IMG/VR virus record: IMGVR_UViG_3300021979_000004
Coordinates: 128,001 to 192,000 of that record
DNA length: 64,000 bases
Source of the DNA: a virus
Taxonomy: Duplodnaviria; Caudoviricetes
Strand: one strand, 5' to 3'
Under the pieces are notes generated by a model. It made no database searches, was not told where the DNA came from, and saw nothing but the letters and a program-made list of their open reading frames with translations. Shown one piece after another: positions 9,807 to 18,298 of the stretch (positions are counted from its first letter, which is position 1; each line of letters starts with the position of its first letter). Made by a program: the position numbers and the translations under genes.

Positions 9807-10565
9807 TTAGCCAAAGTAGATGTTATAACCCTCATCATCAGTTACAGAGTTCTGTAATTGTTCATCGAGTTTTTCCATCTCAGCTTGAGCTTCCTGTTTC
9901 AATTCGCTTCCGTTCAGTGTAACACCACCTTGTGGTCCTGCCAAGGTCTGGAATTTACTACGGGCTTCACCCATAATCATCTTGGCTTTTGCAGCAGCGT
10001 ATGAAATTATCCATGGGCGAATATACACATCACCTAGAAGCTCTTCATCACTTCTATAGGACTCAGTGACCAGAAGGAAAACTTCATCACGGCCAATCTT
10101 ATTGAATATCTGTAGAATCTTAGTACTAGGGTTCCAAGAATAATCAATACGACCAGCAACGATTTGTTCCAGTGTCTTTATGTAGTTGTGTTGAATATGC
10201 ACTGTGGCAATACTACCGTATGTCATATTCTGGTTTAGAGCGTGCATCATCTGGTTCATATACATCATCAAGAATGGGTCTTGTGTGTAGTCAGTTGCGG
10301 CACTTGAACCGATAGTATTTCTTTTTATTTCTTTTATATCAACAATATCAGTATCACTTAGATCATACTGTTGAGTAAACTTTTTATATTTAAAAATAGT
10401 ACCAGTTTCGGCAGTGGCATTTGAGGCACGTTGTCTATAAACTTTCATTGCAAAGTCAAGGCAATAGTTGATATGTTCTTTCTTAAGGTCTACATCAACA
10501 ATTCCATCGCCTAGCGTAAGTCTTACCTCTTGTACAGCTTGTTTCATTACTTTTGATTCAGGCAT
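9807..10565 (-). CDS. Neck protein, T4 gp13-like
   Basis: LGDGIVDVDL...YAAAKAKMIMGEARSKF...GPQGGVTLNGSELKQEA motif. Confidence 0.8.
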   Translation of the reverse strand: MPESKVMKQAVQEVRLTLGDGIVDVDLKKEHINYCLDFAMKVYRQRASNATAETGTIFKYKKFTQQYDLSDTDIVDIKEIKRNTIGSSAATDYTQDPFLMMYMNQMMHALNQNMTYGSIATVHIQHNYIKTLEQIVAGRIDYSWNPSTKILQIFNKIGRDEVFLLVTESYRSDEELLGDVYIRPWIISYAAAKAKMIMGEARSKFQTLAGPQGGVTLNGSELKQEAQAEMEKLDEQLQNSVTDDEGYNIYFG

Positions 10566-10590
10566 AGTGTTTTATCCTTTTAGTTTATAG

Positions 10591-10626
10591 TATTTATTGA
10601 CGAACAGTATGTTTATGATATAAATA
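10591..10626. promoter_or_regulatory. Divergent late promoters (AATAAATA on - at 10591-10598; TATAAATA on + at 10619-10626)
   Basis: Motifs directly upstream of the gp13-like gene and the TerL fragment. Confidence 0.65.
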
Positions 10627-10652
10627 ATATGTACATAAAAAAGGATAATAAG

Positions 10653-10997
10653 ATGAGTGAAAAGTTTACAGACTCTTTTGTAGTTGAAGATTGGGAAGTA
10701 CTAACGCCGGTCGGATACCGAGATATAATGAGCTTTCATAAAACAATTGAGTTTGATGTATGGGAAATATCAACTGATAGCTTCACCCTGAAGTGTGCTG
10801 ATGATCATATTGTTATGAAGCATGGGGTAGTTGAGACATTTGTTAAAAATATCAACGTAGGTGATAAAATCTTGACGGATAACGGACTTGAAACTGTTAT
10901 CGAAGTCAAAGACTTGGGTTACAAAGAACCGATGTATGATATTCAAGTAAATGATTTCTCTCAGCTATATTACAGTAATGGTATTGTAAGTCATAAT
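10653..10997 (+). other. C-terminal split-intein half (long IntC, about 115 aa)
   Basis: Block B-like KCADDH, block F MYDIQV, block G YYSNGIVSHN, followed by Thr +1. Confidence 0.88.
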
Positions 10998-11546
10998 ACT
11001 GCTTGTGCATCGCTTTATCTATTGTGGTATGCGATGTTCGTACCTGATACAAACATTCTAGTAGCGGCTCACAAAGGCAGTGGTGCGGCAGAAATCATGG
11101 ATCGTATACGTTATGCGTATGAAGAATGTCCAGATCATATACGTTGTGGTGTCACCACTTATGCTAGTGGACGTATCGTATTTGACAACAAGTCTTCTAT
11201 AGTTGCACAAACCACTACAGAAAATACAGGACGTGGTTTATCTATTTCCTTGCTTTACTGTTTGGATGCTGGTACTATGGTTCGGGTCAGAGATAAGGAA
11301 ACTAAAGAAGAGAAAGACGTTTCTTTGGAAACCTTATACACTGAGCTTAATGGCGATGAGTTCATTGAGTTTAAGAAGCAAGCCATGCTCAGAGTAGTAT
11401 TTGAAGACGATTATTATGTGGATGTCCCTGAGTCGTACATGTTTACCGTGAATGACATAAAGACAACCATAGAGAACATTACACATGGTGATGAAATATT
11501 GATCGGAAACGAATACTTTAAAGTTGTTGATATACAAGCAATTTAA
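10653..11546 (+). CDS. terL: Terminase large subunit ATPase middle fragment flanked by split-intein halves (IntC-extein-IntN)
   Basis: AAGGA RBS before ATG 10653; extein TACASLYLLWYAMF...AHKGS...GRGLSISLLY matches the gp17 segment between Walker A and Walker B; flanked by SHN/T and Y/CLD intein junctions. Confidence 0.9.
   Translation: MSEKFTDSFVVEDWEVLTPVGYRDIMSFHKTIEFDVWEISTDSFTLKCADDHIVMKHGVVETFVKNINVGDKILTDNGLETVIEVKDLGYKEPMYDIQVNDFSQLYYSNGIVSHNTACASLYLLWYAMFVPDTNILVAAHKGSGAAEIMDRIRYAYEECPDHIRCGVTTYASGRIVFDNKSSIVAQTTTENTGRGLSISLLYCLDAGTMVRVRDKETKEEKDVSLETLYTELNGDEFIEFKKQAMLRVVFEDDYYVDVPESYMFTVNDIKTTIENITHGDEILIGNEYFKVVDIQAI
11259..11543 (+). other. N-terminal split-intein half (IntN) with degenerate Hint-like extension
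   Basis: Block A CLDAGTMV...SLETLY; no block B His and no terminal HN before the stop. Confidence 0.85.
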
Positions 11547-11562
11547 ATTTTAAAAAAGTGTG

Positions 11563-11590
11563 TTGACAAAATTTCTGAAGCTGGTAATCT
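11563..11590 (+). promoter_or_regulatory. Sigma70-type promoter
   Basis: TTGACA-16 nt-TAATCT. Confidence 0.6.
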
Positions 11591-11656
11591 GTAAACAGAT
11601 CGAAACAAACGATCTACTAAACAAACTAAACAAACTTACTTTTGAGGTAATTAATT

Positions 11657-11956
11657 ATGGCACAGCAAGACTTTAACCGTAACCGTCAGCGTAACCCACG
11701 TCGCAACGATAATCGTCGTAACGAAAATCGTATGCCTCTGGACCCACTGGTGCTTCAGGCGCTAGACTTCATCAACCTTCACGCTGACAATAGTCGTGTT
11801 TATAAGTGCTTCCATAAGAGCAAGAAAACTGGCACTCTGGAAACTTTCGGTGTGTATAACAGCGTGACTAAGAAACACGCTATCTTCTACACCACGAATT
11901 TCTTCCCGCAAGATTTCATGGAAATCAAGCTGGTCACTCTTGAGAAAGATAGCTGA
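11657..11956 (+). CDS. Early protein with Arg/Asn-rich N-terminus
   Basis: GAGGT RBS; FNRNRQRNPRRNDNRRNENR. Confidence 0.7.
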   Translation: MAQQDFNRNRQRNPRRNDNRRNENRMPLDPLVLQALDFINLHADNSRVYKCFHKSKKTGTLETFGVYNSVTKKHAIFYTTNFFPQDFMEIKLVTLEKDS

Positions 11957-11990
11957 TAAGGTGTGGGGGTTTATCCCCCACAATAAACTT

Positions 11991-12341
11991 ATGCTTAGAT
12001 TTTTAATCATAGCCCTCTTAGTGATTAATATTGGTGCAAATGCCAATGAAGTCCATCATCGCGAATGGACTATACCAAGCAAAGGTAATGTGGAGTATAA
12101 CAAAAGCTTTTCCTTTTGTACTGTAGCTTCAGATGAAGCTTTTCTACAAATGGTAGAAAGCAAAAGGATAGATGACAACAAAGAGATTGTAGTAAGGTTT
12201 GTGAATAACAACTTTTCTAATACGTTGTTTTATGAATTTTACATGGGTATGGCAAACTATGTTTTCTCAACAAATGAATTGAATATTGATGAAGACTCTG
12301 CTATATTCTTTAAGAAATGTATGAACATGGCTTACGAGTGA
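11991..12341 (+). CDS. Hypothetical exported protein
   Basis: Signal-peptide-like MLRFLIIALLVINIGANA. Confidence 0.55.
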   Translation: MLRFLIIALLVINIGANANEVHHREWTIPSKGNVEYNKSFSFCTVASDEAFLQMVESKRIDDNKEIVVRFVNNNFSNTLFYEFYMGMANYVFSTNELNIDEDSAIFFKKCMNMAYE

Positions 12342-12352
12342 GGATAAATTGT

Positions 12353-12751
12353 ATGGCTGATGATAAAGACAAAAATCTAGAACATGAAATGGAGTATGAC
12401 GAGGAAGGTAATCTCAAAAAGATGCGCCTTAGTCGTGAGAAAATGTTTCGTGATCGTTGGGATGGAGTAATGGAAATTCGATTCTATTCAAAGCAGCACG
12501 TTCAACGTATTTCAATCGCTTGTAAGAAAGCACTTGGCGAAGCAGGTATTGATTGGGATACATACGTAAGTGGACACGCTCGTGTATCTGATATCATTCG
12601 ACACAATGCCGAGAGTGAAGATGAAATGAAAGATCAAATCTTCTTGATCGGATACAAGAACAACGGTAAGAATGATGTTGAAGATTTCGAGAAACGTATC
12701 AAACGTCTCAAGCTAAAATATCTGTTCTCAGGTGTGACACGACGTTCATGA
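12353..12751 (+). CDS. Hypothetical protein
   Basis: GAGGA RBS before ATG 12353. Confidence 0.65.
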   Translation: MADDKDKNLEHEMEYDEEGNLKKMRLSREKMFRDRWDGVMEIRFYSKQHVQRISIACKKALGEAGIDWDTYVSGHARVSDIIRHNAESEDEMKDQIFLIGYKNNGKNDVEDFEKRIKRLKLKYLFSGVTRRS

Positions 12752-12837
12752 TTTAAATTTAGGAGCTAATTAGTATCATCCTTCTAATACTTTTACTGCA
12801 AATAAAACCGAATCGATACTTAAACTTCTCCTATCAT

Positions 12838-12863
12838 AATCTCCCTTCGGGGAGATTTTTTTT
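12838..12863 (+). terminator. Intrinsic terminator
   Basis: AATCTCCC-TTCG-GGGAGATT plus T run. Confidence 0.88.
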
Positions 12864-12873
12864 GTTTATAGAC

Positions 12874-12902
12874 TTGCAACCCTTCCCAAACTAGCCTATA
12901 AT
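12874..12902 (+). promoter_or_regulatory. Sigma70-type promoter
   Basis: TTGCAA-17 nt-TATAAT. Confidence 0.7.
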
Positions 12903-12933
12903 AGTATTATAAATTGAGACAGGGGATTTGATT

Positions 12934-13785
12934 ATGAATATTCCAGAGAACGAAGTATCAGCTTTCATTTCATACGGTGAGAAGAAGTGCATGTATACCC
13001 TTTGGGTAATCGTAGATCGTATCTACACTGTCGGCAAGATGCAGCGCAAAGAGCGTTATTCTCGCTACGTCAAAAACCTTTCTACTGATAAAGAAACTGC
13101 TATTGATAAAGCTGTTGAGTACGCTTCTGAACATGGTATTGAGTTTGTTTCCACTACCAATGCTGATGCTCTTCTGAATGAAATCGAGCGCCGTACTGCC
13201 GAAGAAATGGAAGCTGTACGCGCCAAAGCACAACAGGAAGCGGAAGAAGCCGAACAACGTGCTATCGAAGAGCGTGACCGTAAGATTGAAGAAATGGTTG
13301 TTATCTTCGAAGAGCAGTTTGATAGTGACAAGTTTACCTTTGGTAAGCATCAAGGCTCTACCTTCGAAGAAGTTATGCAGAAAGATTCCCAATACATTCG
13401 CTTCATTCTGGATAACAACGAAGAGTGCCCGTTTGAGTTTCCCCGTACTCTTACTGAAATGTGCATCAACAGCCTTTATGCATATGTTCAGGAAAACGGT
13501 TACCCTAAGAATCCTCTGGATGATTCCGAATACGTTGGTAACTACAAAGAGCGTATTGAAATCAAAGTAAAGGTTATTGGTAAGAGTGTATTTCAAACAC
13601 AGTTTGGCTTTACCACTCTGTACAAGTTCATGGACGACGAAAACAACCTGTTGGTTACTTTTTACTCAGGTTCTACTTGGAGTCTGGACCGCGATGAGGA
13701 AGCTTTCATTGTGGGTACTGTAGATAAGCACGAGGTTTATAACAACGTTAAACAAACAACGTTGAAAAGGGTAAAAGTAAAATAA
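12934..13785 (+). CDS. Protein with FGKHxG motif and C-terminal OB-fold-like domain
   Basis: FTFGKHQGSTFEEV; C-terminal YVG...ERIEIKVKV...FGFTTLYKF...VGTVDKH pattern of phage OB domains. Confidence 0.55.
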   Translation: MNIPENEVSAFISYGEKKCMYTLWVIVDRIYTVGKMQRKERYSRYVKNLSTDKETAIDKAVEYASEHGIEFVSTTNADALLNEIERRTAEEMEAVRAKAQQEAEEAEQRAIEERDRKIEEMVVIFEEQFDSDKFTFGKHQGSTFEEVMQKDSQYIRFILDNNEECPFEFPRTLTEMCINSLYAYVQENGYPKNPLDDSEYVGNYKERIEIKVKVIGKSVFQTQFGFTTLYKFMDDENNLLVTFYSGSTWSLDRDEEAFIVGTVDKHEVYNNVKQTTLKRVKVK

Positions 13786-13806
13786 AGGGGCCTAAGCCCC
13801 TTTATT
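13781..13806. terminator. Bidirectional terminator
   Basis: AATAAAGGGGC-CTAA-GCCCCTTTATT. Confidence 0.85.
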
Positions 13807-13808
13807 TA

Positions 13809-15164
13809 TTATTGCTTTTCACTTCTTACTTCAGTTAGGTTGATAGTATTGAATGTGAAAGATGTATTGTTCATCGTAGTAGAAAACGCAGCTTCTGATA
13901 ATTGAGTTGGATCAGAAAACGTATGTGTTTCGTTAGCTGAACTTAGTGACACGCTACCCCAAGATAATGCACTATGGTTAGTAGCTGATCCAGTAACGTT
14001 AGTAAAATCACTGGATATTTTAATAGTTGCTGCATCAAAAGTTCCTGATCCAGTACTACTTACAGGGGCACTTCCGCCTATTAAATAAGAACCGTCTGAA
14101 GCCTTTGTTATATGATATAAAAGCACACCACTGTCTAACTCTACTGAAGAAGTTATATTTAAGCTCCCATCAAGCTTTAACACAAAACCAGTGCTTACAT
14201 ATACTTGTGGGTCTTTTTGATAACCTCCTAAGACCACCAATCCATTGTCATAATAGACACTTTGTATTGATAATGGCAACACACCATTATATAATCTTTT
14301 TTGAGATAGTGTGTTTAAGTCTTTATCTAACTCAAAAATTAATCCTTCGTCATGATCTGTATAATAACCGCGTCCAACAATAGCAACACCATTAGGAGTT
14401 GTACAAATGTCAGCGAATTGTGATCTTATCATACTCGCGGTAGAATTTAAATACTTCTTACTAACTAAGTTTAGTGTATTATCAAACTTAGCGATAAATC
14501 CATACCCAGATGTGTTTTCAGAGTCGTCAGTACCAATAGCAATATAGCCATCGGATACTTGAACTACTTTAAAAAGCTCATTCGCATTTGGACCGGATAA
14601 GAGGTTTGTATTAAGAACGTTTAGGTTTTGATCAAACTTCATGATAAGGGCATCAAAACCATCAACGAATGCTGTACCAACCGCTACATAGCTGTTATTG
14701 TCGCCTTGGATAACATCATAAAATCTTTTACCACCACTTCCACTTGTTACCTTTTGTGTTATAATATTAAGATTACCATCACTATCGCATATAAATGCTT
14801 CGCTTGAGTCAGTAGCAGTATAAACTTGACCCACAGCTACAAACTCATTATTGTAACTTGGAATAACAGAATCAAATGTTGAAATCTGGCCGGTGTCGGT
14901 ACTTAGATGTGTTTGTTGGGTAATATTTAACGCACTATCATACTTAACCATTAATGGCATTTTTGCCGGACTGTTGGTAGTATATTCATACCCAACAGAG
15001 AAAATACTTCCTCCTGAGCTTTCGTAGACACTCGCTATTTGATCATTACTAGTTGTTCCACCACCCAAGGTAGATATGACCCATGATTGAAAATCAGCAA
15101 CAGAAACCGCTTTAGGGATACGTATACCATTAAAATCGGCTGTGTATATTTTTATTCCACCCAT
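13809..15164 (-). CDS. Virion structural protein with beta-propeller-like repeats
   Basis: About 50-aa repeats of the type (Y/F)VAVG...IxKFDxxLN; GATAAATA late motif at 15204-15211 on -. Confidence 0.6.
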   Translation of the reverse strand: MGGIKIYTADFNGIRIPKAVSVADFQSWVISTLGGGTTSNDQIASVYESSGGSIFSVGYEYTTNSPAKMPLMVKYDSALNITQQTHLSTDTGQISTFDSVIPSYNNEFVAVGQVYTATDSSEAFICDSDGNLNIITQKVTSGSGGKRFYDVIQGDNNSYVAVGTAFVDGFDALIMKFDQNLNVLNTNLLSGPNANELFKVVQVSDGYIAIGTDDSENTSGYGFIAKFDNTLNLVSKKYLNSTASMIRSQFADICTTPNGVAIVGRGYYTDHDEGLIFELDKDLNTLSQKRLYNGVLPLSIQSVYYDNGLVVLGGYQKDPQVYVSTGFVLKLDGSLNITSSVELDSGVLLYHITKASDGSYLIGGSAPVSSTGSGTFDAATIKISSDFTNVTGSATNHSALSWGSVSLSSANETHTFSDPTQLSEAAFSTTMNNTSFTFNTINLTEVRSEKQ

Positions 15165-15326
15165 AATTTATAATTCTCCTATTATTATTATTATCAGTTG
15201 TAATATTTATCAATAATTTATTTTCGAAAACTTAATGGTTATTTGTTATCTATTGACAAGTGCTGCTTTTGTGATAAGTTTTAAAGACCGTAATTTATAG
15301 ATACAACAATACGAAAGGGCAAAATA

Positions 15327-15812
15327 ATGAACACATGGGATAGAAGGTTTTTAGGATTGGCACTGTTTTACTCATCCTTTTCTAAAGACCCTTCCACTAA
15401 GGTTGGTTGTGTACTTGTTAATGATAAGAACGTACCAGTCGGCCTTGGTTATAATGGTTTTTCACGTCATTCAAAAGACCTACCAGAAATACTTAATGAT
15501 CGTCCTGAAAAATATAAAAGAACCATTCACGCAGAAGAGAATGCCATCTACAATAGAACTGGTGATATTGAAGGATCGATTGCTTACCTTACCCATCCAC
15601 CTTGTGTGCCTTGTGTAAATCGCTTAAGCCAGAACGGTATTAAGGATGTTAGATTTATTCAAGGAACCGATGAAGACTTTTATGAACGATGGAATCTAGG
15701 CGAATCAGTATCTGAAATTGAAGAACTCAAAATGACTTATCAATCATATGTTATGAATGATGATGAAAAAGATAAAATATTCATGGAAGTGATGAAATCA
15801 TGGCGAAGCTAA
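15327..15812 (+). CDS. cd: dCMP deaminase
   Basis: SKDPSTKVG, GYNG, HAEENAI, PCxxC; TTGACA promoter at 15253. Confidence 0.92.
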   Translation: MNTWDRRFLGLALFYSSFSKDPSTKVGCVLVNDKNVPVGLGYNGFSRHSKDLPEILNDRPEKYKRTIHAEENAIYNRTGDIEGSIAYLTHPPCVPCVNRLSQNGIKDVRFIQGTDEDFYERWNLGESVSEIEELKMTYQSYVMNDDEKDKIFMEVMKSWRS

Positions 15813-16402
15813 AATTTGTCTACTCAGTAATGAACGCTGGAAAAAGTACTCACTTGTTACAACTTGCACATAACTATAGTGTCTTTCACAATAAGACACT
15901 ATTGATAACCTCAGACCTTGATACGCGTTCAAAGGTTGGTGATCAGTATTATGTAGAGTCTAGATTGGGTATAAAACATGAAGCAATACCATATAGTAGA
16001 GAACAAGACATTCAGGAAATTCTTGAAAGTATAGACTATACTCCATCATGTATTGTTGTCGATGAGGCACAATTCCTTAGCCCATATAACGTACAACAAC
16101 TTACAGACTTGGTAGACTTCATGAATATTCCAGTTGTTTGCTATGGTCTGAGGACTGATTCGTTTGGTAACTTATTTGAAGGTAGTGAAGAGCTTTTTAA
16201 ACATGCCGACAAAATAGAAGAGATAAAACAACTGTGTTTCTGTATGTCAAAAGCAACACATATTTTACGTTATGATGATGATTTTAATGTTGTAAAAAAA
16301 GGGAACCAAGTTGAAATTGGTTCCGAGGATAAGTATGTCTCTGTGTGCCGTAAGCACTGGAAAACATTAAAGAGTGTTAAGTTTTTGAAAACCAATGATT
16401 AA
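15800..16402 (+). CDS. tdk: Thymidine kinase
   Basis: MNAGKST, VDEAQF, YGLRTD, YVSVCRKH. Confidence 0.96.
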   Translation: MAKLKFVYSVMNAGKSTHLLQLAHNYSVFHNKTLLITSDLDTRSKVGDQYYVESRLGIKHEAIPYSREQDIQEILESIDYTPSCIVVDEAQFLSPYNVQQLTDLVDFMNIPVVCYGLRTDSFGNLFEGSEELFKHADKIEEIKQLCFCMSKATHILRYDDDFNVVKKGNQVEIGSEDKYVSVCRKHWKTLKSVKFLKTND

Positions 16403-17186
16403 GGGCTTCTATAGCTTCTTTGTTCCAACCTTTATCTGTCTTAAGGGTTAGATACTTGAAGTCCTTAACTGTTTTACCATCATCATAGTATTGTGTAAGC
16501 AACGAGGTATTGATTACTACCCAGAAGTTACCGTCAATATATGTATTCAAAATACCCGCGTCTTTTGATATAAACTTTTTCATATTACTGACAGTACTAG
16601 CATAATTCTGATTTAGATAGTCACCTTTAACAGACCTTTCACGCGAAGCGTTTCTAGCCATAGATTCTTCTTTAGTGGTTAAAACCCAGAGAAGATGAAT
16701 ATTTTCTTTCTTGTATCCATTATCCAATAAAACATCAATTTTATTTTTAATGTTATCTATATTACCAAACGTAGTGTTAAGAACAATATTCGGCAATCTA
16801 TCTTTATTCTTCTGTGTCTTTAAGAAAACACCCAAGCGTGTTTGTGGAATTTTATTTAGGGTCATGAAGTCATAGATGGTATCAACAAATTCGCTATCTT
16901 TAAACATAGCATCATCTTTCAAGTCTTGATCACTATAATCTGCATACGGTGAATCAATCTTTTCAAGGAACTGTCTGAACCTTTTAAAAATAATATTACT
17001 CTTCAATACTAGTTTCTGAATTTCATCGATATCTAAAACTTTAAACTTATTGCCAATGTCGGTAAAGTTATCAATAGCAAAATTTTTGCCTGATCCAGCA
17101 GAACCGGCCATAACAATAACCTGACCCTCATTAGGTGTGTTAGGTGGTGTTTGTATTAGTTTCTCATCTAGTTTATGGTTGTTCAT
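16377..17186 (-). CDS. P-loop kinase, zeta-toxin/AAA_33-like
   Basis: MAGSAGSGK Walker A, DIDE, lid RNxxRER; start codon uncertain (17186-17210). Confidence 0.6.
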   Translation of the reverse strand: MNNHKLDEKLIQTPPNTPNEGQVIVMAGSAGSGKNFAIDNFTDIGNKFKVLDIDEIQKLVLKSNIIFKRFRQFLEKIDSPYADYSDQDLKDDAMFKDSEFVDTIYDFMTLNKIPQTRLGVFLKTQKNKDRLPNIVLNTTFGNIDNIKNKIDVLLDNGYKKENIHLLWVLTTKEESMARNASRERSVKGDYLNQNYASTVSNMKKFISKDAGILNTYIDGNFWVVINTSLLTQYYDDGKTVKDFKYLTLKTDKGWNKEAIEALNHWFSKT

Positions 17187-18201
17187 TTTCATCTTCGTCA
17201 TCATTATCAACTATAGGATTAATTGGATTGCTAATATAGGTTTCTTCCTGACGTTCTCCCCTGTCACCATCATCAAACGTCTTGTCATTTTCAATAAAGG
17301 ACTCATGATGTTCATGACCGGGAGTCCATTTACGATAGTATTTCTGATCAACTAGTTCCCATTTATCATCACGGTACACAAAAATCTGTGCAGGCTTATA
17401 ATCAATACGGATTACATAATCTCCCTCTTCTGCGTCTACAGGGAAAGAAGTTCGTTTGGGAATATCTTCAAGATTAAGGCTATCATCCATTTGTTCAGCG
17501 CCATCAAGTTCAGGTCTATAGATATAATCATCCACGTAATCATTGTATGGTACTTCTTCTTCGGCTTCACTAACCGCAGCTTCGTTTGCTTGTGTCGCTT
17601 TATTATGATTGGAAATGATATCTAGCAAATCATCATCTTCAGCATCTTCATCAAGATTGCCAAGAACATCGTTGTATTCGCGGCTATCGAATATCTTTTT
17701 GATCCTGACACGCCATACGTGAGGTAACCATGTTGGCCCATAACCTTCAGCAGCACGACGCCCTTCTTCAATAACATAGTAAGCGTTGATTGCTCCTTCT
17801 TCACCTTCAACCAAATCATCGCGTAAGTGCGTCAACTCTATAACATCGCCAGTAGAAAGTTTACGACCTATCTTTGCTGCCATAGAATTGATATGGAAAT
17901 CTAGGTACAGTGTATCAGACATGAAGAAACCGAATTGAGATAGTTCAAAGTCGTTATCAGATACTTGGTATATACCCCACATTTCTACAACGTCTTTGTC
18001 GTATTTTCTGTCTCTGGACTCCATGAATAGAAGGTCTTGAATTTTAATATCTTCATTCACATTCCCATCTTCATCAATTACACCAACGTAGCGATGTACA
18101 TAAACTTGGGTTCCAGATATATCGAAGAATTCACCAATGATTTTATCTTGAAATTTATAATCATTGGTTTTATTATTTCGCCAGAGTTTCATTCTGCTCA
18201 T
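17173..18201 (-). CDS. Neck/head-completion protein, T4 gp14-like
   Basis: DYKFQDKIIGE...LLFMESRDRKYD...LSQFG...GDVIEL; CATAAATA at 18228-18235 on -. Confidence 0.75.
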   Translation of the reverse strand: MSRMKLWRNNKTNDYKFQDKIIGEFFDISGTQVYVHRYVGVIDEDGNVNEDIKIQDLLFMESRDRKYDKDVVEMWGIYQVSDNDFELSQFGFFMSDTLYLDFHINSMAAKIGRKLSTGDVIELTHLRDDLVEGEEGAINAYYVIEEGRRAAEGYGPTWLPHVWRVRIKKIFDSREYNDVLGNLDEDAEDDDLLDIISNHNKATQANEAAVSEAEEEVPYNDYVDDYIYRPELDGAEQMDDSLNLEDIPKRTSFPVDAEEGDYVIRIDYKPAQIFVYRDDKWELVDQKYYRKWTPGHEHHESFIENDKTFDDGDRGERQEETYISNPINPIVDNDDEDENEQP

Positions 18202-18298
18202 GTATAGATAGCCTCTTATTATACATTTATTTATGGATGAATATAAACCTTGACACAAGTTCTATCCTCATTATAATACATCAGGTGGAGGTATAGTT

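Noticed and set aside
10629-11546. TerL fragment explained as a frameshift or a contiguous intein-containing gene
   Set aside because: The intein halves face outward. The upstream DNA is the opposite-strand neck gene and the downstream DNA is a promoter plus an unrelated ORF, so no neighbouring frame supplies Walker A or the nuclease domain.
15179-15193. ATT microsatellite as a phase-variation switch
   Set aside because: It is a short AT-rich spacer between a late promoter and the RBS, expected at this base composition.
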